Origin: Octopus sinensis
Lineage: Eukaryota
Reading direction: 5' to 3'
DNA length: 64,000 nt
NCBI RefSeq assembly: GCF_006345805.1
Contig: NC_042997.1
Location: forward strand, 166,904,001-166,968,000
Part shown: positions 23,706 through 36,699 of the stretch, piece by piece
Numbering within the stretch: the stretch's first letter is position 1
Layout of the letters: the number at the start of each line of letters is the position of its first letter
Made by a program: the position numbers and the translations under genes
Notes under the pieces: model-generated
Databases searched by the model: none
The model's input: only the letters and a program-made list of their open reading frames with translations
What the model was told of the DNA's origin: nothing

Positions 23706-24932
23706 CGCTACGATTAATATTGATAAATTGAAATTACTCAATCTCCATTGCTGCATAACTCGTTTAAATTTGTTTTCCTTGGATTAGATATGAAGATCAA
23801 TAATTACCACTAGATTGCATGGAGAGAAAATTTCGAGGTAAGCTGATTAGAAAGGGTGTCAGTCATAGAATTTATTAGGAGGACGTAATTATTTTAAATC
23901 TACCGAATTGCAGAAATTTAATTCTGTATTAAAAGCACTGCACAGTTGTGTATGTGAGTGTGTAACAAAGGGTTATCGAATATATCAATGAAAACAGTCT
24001 CCCATATGAAAAGCTTTCAGCTTTTAAAAAGGCCCAGATCACTTTTATTGTGACACTGAAATAACTGCACTAAAATATAAAGTCATGCATTTCAGCTGAA
24101 TTAGTTATTTTAATCGCATGTAGAAAGTTGGTTGAATTATTAAATGACGTTCCAAATAACTCCAAGTTAGTCCTAATCAAGCAGATTTATATCAAAGAAT
24201 CCATACCACGCTGTTTATGCTTCTTTAATTAAGACTTAGAGTGATGTTTGGGAAAGAATTGGATGCTATTTCTGGCTATTCAAGAGCTTCATGCAGATTC
24301 CTTATTTTGTACTAAAGGCAACTGTAAATACCGTTGATACTAGAGTGAAGATGAAAGAGTCAATAGACGACTGCACATAGTGCTTATTTTGTATAATTTG
24401 GTATCTCAATGTCGGTAGTTCAAATCTTTCTGAAGTTCATTTTTACCTCCTTTATTCTTAGTAGAACCGTTAAAATGAGCATTAGCAATATATTTTGGTG
24501 TGAGAATCGCTTATTAACAAAAACAACCTTCAGCTAACGAATCCATCATTCTCTAAGTGGGTGGCTGCTGGAATCTCTATGGAATTGAAGAGTAACTTGT
24601 TAACTTCAGTTCATCCCAGAGGAAAAGCTACCCTTGCTATTTCGAGAAACATTAATGTTTCGCTAAATGGAGATAGCTAATGGTCCTATGGACCTTGGTA
24701 CTTAAAAACGGAAAATGTTTCATAGATTTCAGTTTAATGGTAGATCCACAAAAGATAAAAAAAAAGAAAACAAAAAAGAAAATTCCTTCCCGTTGTTCAG
24801 AGTCTGCAATTCCCAGTTGAAATCGCTCACTTCTTGCCTCCTTCTTGCTTCTGGGAAAAAGTCTGAATATCACAACTTCCTATTTCCTATACCCTGGCAC
24901 AATATTATTTTCTTTTTCTTGTGTTTTCGCAG

Positions 24933-24972
24933 TAAATCGCAATTGGCATTTTGTTTTTGCTGCATAATTTAA
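24933..24972 (+). CDS. Candidate terminal exon KSQLAFCFCCII* (CaaX-like end)
   Basis: Very strong acceptor ttttctttttcttgtgttttcgcag; all frames stop within 40 nt. Confidence 0.2.
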
Positions 24973-25485
24973 TGTAATCGTTGGCGTTAGCACTGATGAT
25001 GTTTATAGTGCTATTAGTGATACATTAAGTGTATTTTCTAATTTTCTTTATTCCGTTCTTCCTCCTCATCATTATCATCTCTGAAGCCGAACATGTATCC
25101 ATTTTTTTCTACTTTTCTGGGTGCATCTAGCCTTCGGTGTCACGAAGAAATGACAACCCCAGAAGGAAAGGACTGAAGAGACACGGTACCATAATGATGA
25201 GAAAGGTTAACTAGATATACCAATAACAGTGTCTGACGATAGGCGTCAGTCTGCTGAATTCATTAATAACTGTCACGGTTATACTTAGGTTAATGTCGGA
25301 AATCATTATCTCAAAAGTTTACTGACTTATTACTTCTATTCTACCTGGGTAATATGGTGCTTCAGGGTGCACAATGCGTGGATATATAAATTTATAACTT
25401 CTGCTCAATAGAAAGCACTAAGAGTTCTCAGTTGCTAATACATGAATGCATACACATATATGTGTATGTATACATATAAAGGCAA

Positions 25486-25718
25486 AAGGCGGCGAGCTGG
25501 CAGAAATGTTAGCACGCCGGGCGAAATGCGTAGCCGTATTTCGTCTGTCGTTACGTTCCGAGTTCAAATTCCGCCGAGGTCGACTTTGCCTTTCATCCTT
25601 TCGGGGTCGATAAATTAAGTACTAGTTACGCGCTGGGGTCAATGTAATCGACTTAATCCCTTTGTCTGTCCTTGTTTGTTCCCTTTGTGTTTAGCCCCTT
25701 GTGGATAGTAAAGAAATA
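25486..25718 (+). mobile_element. Family A SINE monomer
   Basis: 14-bp TSD tatacatataaagg at 25469-25482 and 25719-25732. Confidence 0.96.
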
Positions 25719-26127
25719 TATACATATAAAGGTAAGCGTGAGTGAGTATTTCAGAAATTACTTTCGTAATAATGAATTCATAGGTTCGATCCTACCGCGT
25801 AGCATCTTTGATAAATGTCATTTAACATAGCTTTGAATAGGCACACGCCTTGTTAATGAAACTGTGCAGATGAGAATGTGTGAAAGCCTGTTGGATAGAC
25901 TGTACCTGAAATTCAGTAATCCAACTTAGTCATATAGTGTTACACTGATCCTGCTTTAGGATTACGTCACTGAAATATCCAAGTATATACTCTAAGATTT
26001 AATTATCAAGAAATTTAATTGATGGAACAAATATTGCGTGGTAGTTTGTCGTACGCTCCAATGATTCTCTTAATTCACCTGCTTACTCTAGTTTTACCTA
26101 CTTCAACAATGTATACAATATTCTCAC

Positions 26128-26150
26128 CGGTTCCTAGATACTTGCAGCAT
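26128..26150 (-). CDS. Candidate 23-nt microexon (MLQVSRN or CCKYLGT)
   Basis: cttcttctgtacctaacaacag acceptor with branch-like cctaac; CCG|gtgaga donor. Confidence 0.25.
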
Positions 26151-27155
26151 CTGTTGTTAGGTACAGAAGAAGTAGATAGACATTGATATTGATATTCGAT
26201 TTTATCTTTATTGAGGACTTGAGAACATATGTGCAGGTCAGATTCACTTCTGATGGATTGTTAGGAAGCTGTAACTATTTTCCTTTTGCGCAAAGTGCTA
26301 TAAATATGTACTTGAGGTCATAAAAATTGGGAGACATTAATTGTATTGTCCTCAGCTGGTCGAAACATGTAACCTTAGAATTTCCTCAAAGGACTGAAAA
26401 GGTATTTACTTCTACAATAAACAACAGTACACAAAGGCTGTTTACCCGGGAATATTCAAAGCGATAATATGGTTTTGTTTGACTTTCGTGTGATTTATTG
26501 TTTTTAGTATATAATAAGAAAATTATAGTAAAATGCCTTGTTTCTTTACATATATACATTTACACACACACACGAAATTTAATCATTCTACCACCGGTTT
26601 TGGATTCCTTGTGTGTAGCTTTATTTATGAGAAAGCTGTTCGACACTCTCTAGTCACTAGTCGCCACATTATATTTCACAATGATCTTGGATAAATATGT
26701 ATACAGTAGTGTATGTATGTAACTTAAATACATTTATAATAATTTCTGTATTTGTATTTCACAATAGTTTTGGATAAATAAGTATCCATATGTGTAGCTA
26801 TGTAAGTTTGATACACTTATAATTATTTATTTATTTAATACATTTATAGTGATTATGATAATAATAATTACAATAGTGCTGTCATTATTCGCTACAAGGT
26901 CACCGAAACAAGAACTAAGCTATAACGTTAATTTGTTTATGGTAAGAGTAATGTCAGAAGTCAGTAAAATGTGGAAAAGCTGAGATCATATACTGAGTCG
27001 GTATAAAGTTTCTGGGCAGAGAGAGTTTTTTTTTTTCAAACTGTTAAACTTGAACAAAATATTTTCACTAAATCGAGCGATCTTGCAGTTATCCACTACA
27101 CACTAGTATAAACACACCAGTGCACACACTGATGTATTCATACATACATACATAG

Positions 27156-27205
<50 letters not shown>

Positions 27206-27322
27206 CATACATACATACTTACATACATACATACATACATAGAGAGATATATACATATATACTTGCATAACTATGATTAGGTAGATAATGTGAGGGAACA
27301 TTAAGAAACCTCCTCACCTCAC

Positions 27323-27383
27323 CTCGAAAAAGCAGTCAGTATTAATATTTCCATACCATGTATTCACAGTTGCATTCACAAAC
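27323..27383 (-). CDS. Candidate 61-nt exon FVNATVNTWYGNINTDCFFE
   Basis: gtgttttatatttctag acceptor, GAG|gtgagg donor, single open frame. Confidence 0.3.
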
Positions 27384-27837
27384 CTAGAAATATAAAACAC
27401 AATCGGAAACGTACGCTCACGCCCACATACTTCTGCATCACACACCCAAATAATCAACCTCATGGGAGAGTTCTATAAAGAAGGAAACACCCATACCGAA
27501 CGAAATGAATGGAAACCTCTATAGATAAAAAAAGGAAAAAAATTGCTTATGTATCGAAATAGTGTGGCTTTCCAAATTCAGCTCTGTTCTTGATCAGCGG
27601 CCTATATATGTGTACACCCCACCATCCAAACGACACATACTCCGATACATATGAATACTCACACCTTCACACAAGCGCATGTGTTTATACAGGCACACAT
27701 GCGTGTATATCTGTGTGAGCCTGCTCGTAACTAGAAGGTAGTACGCTTCCTTAGATATGAGGTTGCTTGTAGTGTTGGGTTTAATTCATCCAATGGTTAT
27801 TAAACGATAATTTTTGCTTATGGTTTCAGCTATATAT

Positions 27838-28236
27838 CCTTTTTCTATTCTAGACACAAGGCCCAAAATTTTAGGGGATGACACCTGTCCATTAGATCGA
27901 CTCCAGTACCCAACTGGTACTTAATTTATCGACTCCGAAAGGATGAAAGGCAAAGTCGACCTCGGCGGAATTTGAACTCAGATCGTAAAGACAGCCGAAA
28001 TACCCATTTCTTTACTGCCCACAAGGGGCTACACACAGAGGGTACAAACAAGGACAGACAAACGGATTAAGTCGATTATATCGACCCCGTGCATAACTGG
28101 TACTTATTTAATCGACCTCGAAAGGATGAAAGGCAAAGTTGACCTCGGCGGAATTTGAACTCAGAACATAGCGGCAGACGAAATACCGCCAAAGATTTCG
28201 CCCACCGTCCTAACGTTTCTGCCAGCCCGCCACCTT
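27838..28236 (-). mobile_element. Family A SINE chimeric dimer (young-tail unit plus old-tail unit)
   Basis: Junction gaaatgg|gtatttcggctgtctttacg; distal unit ends in old tail gggccttgtgtctagaatagaaaa. Confidence 0.9.
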
Positions 28237-28419
28237 CAGCTATGTATGTTAATGTATACAATATCATTTTGCGTATTCGCCAATCTGTTGACAATAAGAC
28301 TTTTAGGAAGGTTTTTCACCAACGTCTCAGTGTTCGTGTATACATGCATGCATACATACATAAATACATATGCACTTATGCATACATACACATATATAAT
28401 GTCTCTTCCTATATATAAT

Positions 28420-28820
28420 ACTCTTTTATTTGTTTCACTTATGTGACTGTGACCATGCTGGAGCACCGCCTTGAGTCGAGCAAATCGACCCCAGGACTTA
28501 TTCTTTGTAAGCCTAGTACTTATTCTATCGGTCACTTTTGCCGAACCGCTAAGTTACGGGGACGTAAACACACCAGCATCGGTTGTCAAGCGATGTTGGG
28601 GGGACAAACGCAGACACACAAACATATACGCACACACATATATGAACACATATATACAGCAGGCTTCTTTCAGTTTCCGTCTACCAAATCCACTCACAAG
28701 GATTTGGTCGGCCCAAGGCTATAGTAGAAGACACTTGCCCAAGGTGCCACGCAGTGGGATTGAAAATGGAACCATGTGGTTGGTAAGCAAGCTACTTACC
28801 ACACAGCCACTCCTACGCCT
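28420..28820 (-). mobile_element. Family B SINE, full length
   Basis: Reverse complement matches 21064-21511. Confidence 0.93.
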
Positions 28821-28879
28821 ATATAATCTATATATTTATAGTATTTCTATATATATGCATATATATGATGGACTCTCAC

Positions 28880-29135
28880 GTTGAAGATGACATATTAGTG
28901 TTCAGTTTTTGCCAAACGACCAGCACATGTTGTTTATAGTGATCAAATGCATGTGCTGTACATTAGCTCCCTCTCTCCATCAAATCGACGCGTCAGGTGT
29001 CGAAGTGATCGCAGAGCAACGTAAGATGAAGTGTTTTGTTTAATAACACGACTCACCACCCAGGTTAGGAATTGAAACGACAATCTCGTGATCGTGAGCG
29101 CAACGCCTTAACCACTTGGCCGACAAAGCAAAGAC
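28880..29135 (-). mobile_element. Old tRNA/CORE-like SINE (family E)
   Basis: Reverse gives ggccaagtggttaagg head, gtttcaattcc B-box-like and gtgttattaaacaaaacacttcatc block. Confidence 0.6.
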
Positions 29136-29163
29136 ACTCGACACATTTGGTAGGACTTACATA

Positions 29164-29525
29164 TCTATTATATAAAATCCGTTCTGTGTGTGTGTGTGTG
29201 TCTTCTAGGACCTTGGGCATCCTCCATCCGATTGCGCTCATATGTAGATACCGACGGTATCAGGGCGTGTATAAGTCTTGAAAAAATTACAAAAATCGAT
29301 TCCAGGTGAGAATGCGATCGATAAAGTGAATAAAATCGTTTTTCTTTAGAATAAAAAAAAAAAATCTATATTTATTTCTTCTTTTGCTGGTGTCTCAAAT
29401 TCAGGTTAAATCAGTGTTTCTCAAACGGGAGGCCTATGGGACGGTCGGACAAGTTGTTTTGAGAAAATTTGGTTTAAATGCTTGAGAACTCAGCACCGTC
29501 CGTTGGACGAGGGGCGTTTTGCTCG
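29164..29525 (+). mobile_element. Probable non-autonomous Helitron
   Basis: a|tctattatataaaatcc 5' end; subterminal hairpin cgtcc-gtt-ggacg at 29497-29509; degenerate ctcg|t 3' end. Confidence 0.5.
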
Positions 29526-29624
29526 TATTATTTATATTATTTAAAACTAATTTCACTCAGCTCCATACAACTTAAAGTTTCGTAGGTAAGTAGAACGAAC
29601 CCATTTCAATAGGCATATAGAAAT

Positions 29625-29785
29625 GTATGCGTAGTTGTGTGGTAAGAGGCATGCTGCTCAACCATATGGTTCGGAGTTCAGTCTCACTGCGTGTCACCTT
29701 GGGCAAGTGTCTTCTACTACAGCCTCGGGCTGGCCAAAGCCTTGTGAGTGGATTTGTTAGGCGGAAACTGAAAGAAGCCCGTCAT
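29625..29785 (+). mobile_element. Family B SINE, 5' half
   Basis: ccttgggcaagtgtcttctactacagcctcggg ... gaaagaagcccgtc. Confidence 0.88.
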
Positions 29786-29947
29786 ATACATGTGTGTGTG
29801 TGTGCGTGTGTATATATATATATGTGTGTGTGTGTGTAAGTGTGGGTATACATATATATTGTAGAAATCTATATACCACTTTATGACTTAAAATGTATAT
29901 GCTTGAAGGAGAGGGAGGACAAAGCAAACAGGTTAATACATACATAC

Positions 29948-29993
<46 letters not shown>

Positions 29994-30328
29994 TGCTTTC
30001 TAAGTACAGGCACTAAAGAACACGATTTGAATGAACAGTGTAGCTCATTAGTTCGATTTCAATACTTAGTATTACTTCATTTTATCGAACTCAAAGGGAT
30101 AAATACCCAAGTGACTTTGGTGGAATTTGAACTTAGGATGTAAATCTATGTAACTAAGTACAACAGAGTATTTTGTCCGTCGTTTCAGTTTCCCGCTACT
30201 GCTAATCGGCCACGAAAGTTGATGCATATATAGTTAAAAAATGGTAACGTAGTTAAGATGCAGGATTTCCTTAATATGACAGCCATTTAATATCGAACGT
30301 GATTTTGTTAAATATGTATGTGCCTATG

Positions 30329-30395
<67 letters not shown>

Positions 30396-30884
30396 TTCAT
30401 GAGTTATTCGTCAGATTGTTGGTGATTGAGGGTGTGTAAATATTGGGCTGTATTTAGGGTATCAGATGGCCTTAATCTGGGCTGGTATATAATAATTACG
30501 GCGTAATAGTCCATGTAAAAGTATAAGATTTCTCGGATACAGTAACACAGCAGATGTTATCAGTCCACAGAAGCATGATGAAAGTCAATGATACAATTCA
30601 AGCCAACGAAGGAGCGCTTGCCCTAAGAAACAACACTGGATAACGTAGTCCTAGATATAGTTTTTCTTTAAAAAAAAAACCTTTAGTCGTAGTTTGGACG
30701 CCTTTGATACTAGCCCTGCTTAATCAGAGATTACTTGATCTAAACTGAGAACTAAGAAAGCAAACAAAAGAACAAAAAAATCAGACGTTACGAAATATGT
30801 CAAGACAATGTTGATTTCGGCGAGATTTGCCTTCAGAATGTAAAGAGTAGTCGTAAATACAGCATAGTACTAATGATAATAATA

Positions 30885-31095
30885 AGAATTATTTCTAAGA
30901 TGGACAAGAGGCTAATAATTTTAGAGGGAGGGTGTTACATGATATAAGCCACGGTATTTGACTAATACCTTGTTTAACGACTCCGGAGAGATGAAAGGCA
31001 ATGTTAGCCTCGGTCGAATTAGAATTCAGAAAGGGAAGAGTAAGAAAATGTATTTGAGGTATTTCGCCCAACACACGAACGAATCTGCCAATCTA
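30885..31095 (-). mobile_element. Highly degenerate old family A SINE
   Basis: gagatgaaaggcaatgttagcctcggtcgaatt is a recognisable core remnant; a similar relic lies at 30035-30200. Confidence 0.6.
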
Positions 31096-31142
31096 CTGAT
31101 CAAATAGTAATAATAATAATACTAAGCAAGAACAATAATAGT

Positions 31143-31542
31143 TTGGAAGCACTCCGTCGGTTACGACGACGAGGGTTCCGGTTGATCCGATCAACGGAAC
31201 AGCCTGCTCGTGGAATTAACGTGTAAGTGGCTGAGCACTCCACAGACACGTGTACCCTTAACGTAGTTCTCGGGGATATTCAGCGTGACACAGAGAGTGA
31301 CAAGGCCGGCCCTTTGAAATACAGGTACAACAGAAACAGGAAGTAAGAGTGAGAGAAAGTTGTGGTGGAAGAGTACAACAGGGATCACCACCATCCCTGC
31401 CGGAGCCTCGTGGAGCTTTAGGTGTTTTCGCTCAATAAACACTGACAACGCCCGCCCGCCCGGTCTGGGAATCGAAACCGCGATCCTACGACCGCGAGTT
31501 CGCTGCCCTAACCACTGGGCTATTGCGCCATTGCGCCTCCAC
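31143..31542 (-). mobile_element. Family C (OR1/OR2-like) SINE, tail type 2
   Basis: Head ggcgcaatagcccagtggttagggcagcg; tail ...cctcgtcgtcgtaaccgacggagtgc. Confidence 0.93.
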
Positions 31543-31567
31543 ACAATAATAGTACTGATTTCTTTAT

Positions 31568-31712
31568 TAGGCATGGATGCGTGGTAGAGAAGCATGCTCT
31601 CCAACCATGTGGTCTTCGGTTCAGTTCCGGTGCATAGCACCTTCAGTAAGTGTCTTCCGCCGACCAAAGCAGTTTGAGTGGATTTGGTAGACAGAAATTG
31701 AAAATAATCCCG

Positions 31713-31752
<40 letters not shown>

Positions 31753-32210
31753 GTGCAGGCGAGAGAGAGAGAGGGAGAGAGAGTATATGTGTGTGTATAC
31801 ATATATATATGTGTGTGTTTGTGTGTATGTGTGTGTGTATGTGCGCGCGTATGTGTATGTGTAAACATATATAGGCATGTGTATGTGTGTGCGTGTGTAT
31901 GTGAGATATATATATATATAGATATGTGTGTGTGCGCGTGTGCATGTGTGCGCGTTGTGTGTGTATGCGTTTGTATATGTTTGTATATGTTTTTCCCCAA
32001 CTACCACTTGACAACTAGTGTTATTTTATTTTCCTTGTCCTCCGAAGCTAGCTGTTCGGCAATAAAAAACCGATACAATAAAAATACCAGGTTTAAAAAT
32101 ATATATGCAGGGGTTGATTTGTTCGACTAAACCCCACCGCCTCCAAGGCAGTGCCCAATCGTGGATGCAGTCCAACGACCAAAATAATTAAAAGACAAAA
32201 GATAAAAGAA
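31568..32210 (+). mobile_element. Older family B SINE with ~280-bp expanded internal microsatellite
   Basis: 5' half 31568-31712, mixed TG/GA/TA array to ~31990, 3' half to ~32210. Confidence 0.8.
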
Positions 32211-32458
32211 GCCTCCATTAAGAGGCTGTTCGACCGTCTAGAAGTCGTATCTAAACCACCATTAAATCACACCCTTCCTTCTTAAATAAAAGAAGGACAC
32301 ATTAGAAATTGTAATCCTGCATACAGAATGCTCTTGGTAATGAGGGTGCCAGATTGGGTGTAAGCTTGAGTAACACATGCATACACGCACGTGGACATAC
32401 AGGTACACGCACACATGCACATGCAGGCGCGCATAATAGCCAGTCATGTGGGATTCTT

Positions 32459-32683
32459 ATTTCTTTATTGCCCACAAGAGGCTAAACATAGAAGGGGCAA
32501 ACAAGGACAGACAAAGTCGATTATATCGACCCCAGTGGGTAACTGCTACTTAATTTATCGACCCCAAAAGGATGAAAGGCAAAATCGATCTCGGCGGAAT
32601 TTGAACTCAGAACGTAACGGCAGACGAAATACGGCTACGCATTTCGCCTGGTATGCTAACGTTTCTGCCAGCTCACCATCTTT
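32459..32683 (-). mobile_element. Family A SINE monomer
   Basis: 22-bp TSD tagccagtcatgtgggattctt at 32437-32458 and 32684-32705. Confidence 0.96.
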
Positions 32684-34444
32684 TAGCCAGTCATGTGGGA
32701 TTCTTTTAACATTTTTAGATCTATCAGTATGTTAGAGAGAGAGAGGAGGGGGAGAGAGAGAAAGAAAGAAAGGCAGAAAGAGAGAGAGTAACATGAATTA
32801 TGTGTAGCACGTGAAATAGTTACCCAACCAATAATTGTAACTCTTTTGTTCGTTTTTGATTTTTTTTTTGAGATGTAAAACCATGTTTTCTAAATTATAG
32901 AGTGGACTCAGTGCATTACTGCTAGTTATTTAATCGATATTTATTTGTCTAATCGATATCTATTTGTTTAATCGAAGAATGAAAAGCAGTTGACATTCGT
33001 AGAATTTGAACTCGGAACAGAACACCAAGGATGTTCTTTTTTATTTTTACTTTACAAGCTATAATTTCAGTCAATTTCCAACACAAAACCATCTCCAACA
33101 TCGTCCGTCCATTTCAGCTGCTTCCTTTCATCTTCATTACACCCCACTCATCATCAACATACCCTGTTCATTTTCGTTTCACCCTACAATCCTCACTACA
33201 CCCGATCGTCTCTACTCTATTCGGCTATTCCACCGGCTTAAATAGAGTAGTTAATGATATGAACATCGAATACTTTAAACTTCGCCAGAAATCAGATTGT
33301 CAATCAATAAGAATTAGAAGAAATGAACACTGCAATTTTAATTGCTAATTAGTTGGCATCCCCATGAGCTAAATGTACGGAATCTAATTAGAAAGTTATT
33401 GAAAACTACATTTTGCAATGGATTTATGGTTGGAATAGTTTTGCGGTTGGTTGATTAAGATAACCGATTCGTAATGAAACGCATTGCAGACCACTTATTG
33501 AGGAAACATCGATATGAACAGAAACAAATAAATTTACTGTTTCCTCGTGCTCAAAAGAAAGAAAAAATAGCATCATCCAATAAGAAAACAAACCTATCAA
33601 GAACAATACAGAAAACAGATTGAAAACAGATGTTATAGAAAGTCAATAATATTTGGTATAAAAATTATATGAAATATAAACAAAATACAAATGAAATATG
33701 TATGAAATATAAACAAAAGATAAAATATAAATACATGAAATACTAACAAAAGATAAAATTGAAAAAATATTCGTGCACCAAACGCTCCAAAGATGTGTTC
33801 TCACACCCTTTATGAAAGAAGCGAAGATTATGCAAATTATATGGAGTTCTCTAAATATAAAGGTCTAATGAAAAACTTCCGACCAAAGCAAAAGCCTCAA
33901 GGCACCTGCTAACTAATTAAAAGAAGAAAAAAATGAATGTACAAATTACTTGAAGAGATAATACAAAACAAATATAAAGAATGTTTAAGTGTTTAATTGG
34001 AATCCAAGTGGATCGAAAATATAGGAGCTTTGTCTAAAGGGGTTGAGAAGTGAGAAGTATAATAGAATTTTGTAAGTTTGCAGAGATCGTAACGGAGTCC
34101 CAGTTAGAATCCGGAAAGCTAAATATCTTTTTGTTGAGAAATGTTCGACGACATCATTCGTTGTTCGGACGGGATATTTTTTTGCGTGAACTAAAATGGT
34201 GAGAGAAGTAATTTTAATAAGGGACAATGCGTGATTTCATATAGGAGCTATATCCAAGATTGTGATTTTTGACGCAAAACAGTGCAACTTGAGATAGGAT
34301 TAAGCTTTTGATTATTTATTTATTTATTATTTATATGTTTTTGGCAAGCAAGATTTGTATCGAAGTAGATATTTTCTGTCACTCAGTTGGTGTATTCGTA
34401 TTAAAGAAATGACGTTGGAAAAAGAGCATATGTGTGTGTCCCCC

Positions 34445-34445
34445 T

Positions 34446-34491
<46 letters not shown>

Positions 34492-34897
34492 TATATATAT
34501 TATATATGTATGTATGTATATAGAAATAGAAAGTCCTTGGTACAGTATTATATATTTGAAAATAAATAGAAATGGCTTTTCTGATAATATTTCCACTTTA
34601 ATAAAGTGGAAAATTTATCAGAAAAGCCATTTCTATTCATTTTTCAAATATAAATATATATATATATAGTATGATATATTTGTTTATAGTATCTATATAT
34701 ATATATATATATATATATGTACAAATATATGTGTGTGCGAATACATATATACATACACACACGCACTCACACACACATATATATATGCATGTATGCATGT
34801 GTATGTATATATATATATATATAATATGTATATATATATTGTATATATATATATGTATATATTATGTATATATATATGTATATATGTATATATATAT

Positions 34898-34928
<31 letters not shown>

Positions 34929-35220
34929 GTATATATATATGTATATATATATATATATATATATAGATATATATATGTATATGTATGTATATATGTATAT
35001 GTATGTATATGTATATGTATGTATATATGTATATGTATATGTATGTATATATGTATATGTATGTATATATATATTATGTATATGTATATATATATTTATA
35101 TATATATGTATATGTATATATATATATGTAAGTATATGAATTCTAGTAGGACAATTTATTCTCCTAACAGCATCACTGACTGAATCAACAACTGCGAAAA
35201 CAAACGTTATTCTACATATG

Positions 35221-35305
<85 letters not shown>
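34445..35305. repeat. Long (TA)n/(TATG)n block and (CA)n array
   Basis: Arrays at about 34445-34520, 34670-35130 and 35225-35303. Confidence 0.96.
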
Positions 35306-36251
35306 TTATACATACACAAATGCGTACATTCATACATACTGCAGATTCTTAAAGGCAATATGGAAAGTTAAATGGTGAAAGAAGTTATTTATGTTAGTGT
35401 TTCTCTAGGTGCCACCGCTATTTCAAGGGAATGTAATAATTAAATAAACACACACATATGCAAACACACACGCACGGACGCATATTTATATATATATATA
35501 TATATATATATACGTACACCTATTCTATGTATTTATGTATGTATAACGCATAGCTGACGGAGATGCATGTGTATAAACATGGCATACATTTTGGTTTTGG
35601 CACCGTTTCATTCGTCCTACCAACTTCGCTCTCGAGTAATGACATCTCTTACACACACCATTCCTTCTCTGCAACCCACGAATTCCTTCAAGCAGAGCGA
35701 ATTCGGGTGAAAATATTTCCAACATGGTTTTATGAGAAAGCGTTATTATTTTCGGGATCAAAATATAGTGAAACCACAGCAGCAACGGCTGTAACAGCAT
35801 TTACAACAACAAAAACACTGCATTAATTGGATCATTGGCATCGTCATCGTCGTCAAGAGCAATTCCAGTTACAAGAATAACTGTAATAACTGCAATTTTA
35901 TTAACACCTACATATAGCAGTAATGATAATATCAACAACAGAACGAGGAAACTTCTATGGTATCCTACAACCTGCTAGAATTAGCAGCAAAATCTCCCTC
36001 AAATAATACCCTATGTGGATCTTTTCTGTTTGATAGACAGAATTTTCTAGTTAACTAAACAATTTGAAACTTCGTATACTGGTAGAATGTGTCAAAAGAA
36101 AACATTATTGTAAACAAAACTGAAAACAAAATTGTAATTCCGTCTATCAAACAGAAAAGATCCCCCTATGTCTAAGAAAGAAAAAAAAAGACACATTTGA
36201 AAATGTTGTCTCCAGGGACTGTTCCAAGGGGAGAGTATATTTAGACACCGC

Positions 36252-36667
36252 AAGGCGGCGAGCTGGCAGATACGTTAGCACGCCGGGCGAAATGCGTAGC
36301 CGTATTTCGTCTGCCGTTACGTTCTGAGTTCAAATTCCGCCGAGGTTGACTTTGCCTTTCATCCTTTCGCGGTCGATAAATTAAGTACCAGTTACGCACT
36401 GGGGTCGATGTAATCGACTTAATACCTATGTCTGTCCTTGTTTGTCCCCTCTGTGTTTAGCCCCTTGTGGGTAATAAAGAAATAGGTATTTCGTCTGCCA
36501 TTACGTTCTGAGTACAAATTCCGCCGAGGTCGACTTTGCCTTTCATATTTTCGGGCTCGATAAATTAAGTACCAGTTACGCACTGGGGTCGATGTAATCG
36601 ACTTAATCCGTTTGTCTGTCCTTGTTTGTCCTCTCTATGTTTAGCCCCTTGTGGGTAACAAAGAAAC
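36252..36667 (+). mobile_element. Family A SINE dimer
   Basis: Junction gaaatag|gtatttcg near 36487; 19-bp TSD with one mismatch at 36236-36254 and 36669-36687. Confidence 0.96.
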
Positions 36668-36699
36668 ATATATTTAAACACCGCAAGTTAATGTATCGA

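Noticed and set aside
26340-26375. GAAACATGTA palindromic stem III, hammerhead-like
   Set aside because: No recognisable CUGANGA core or stem I partner.
31191-32000. 269-aa ORF, the longest in the track
   Set aside because: Runs through a microsatellite and two SINEs; no domain-like content.
33795-33915. Short open frame MCSHTLYERSEDY...
   Set aside because: No good acceptor or donor and no recognisable homology.
34671-35333. YI/VC-rich ORFs (also near 15500, 42000-43600, 51000 and 58800)
   Set aside because: Dinucleotide and tetranucleotide repeat artefacts.
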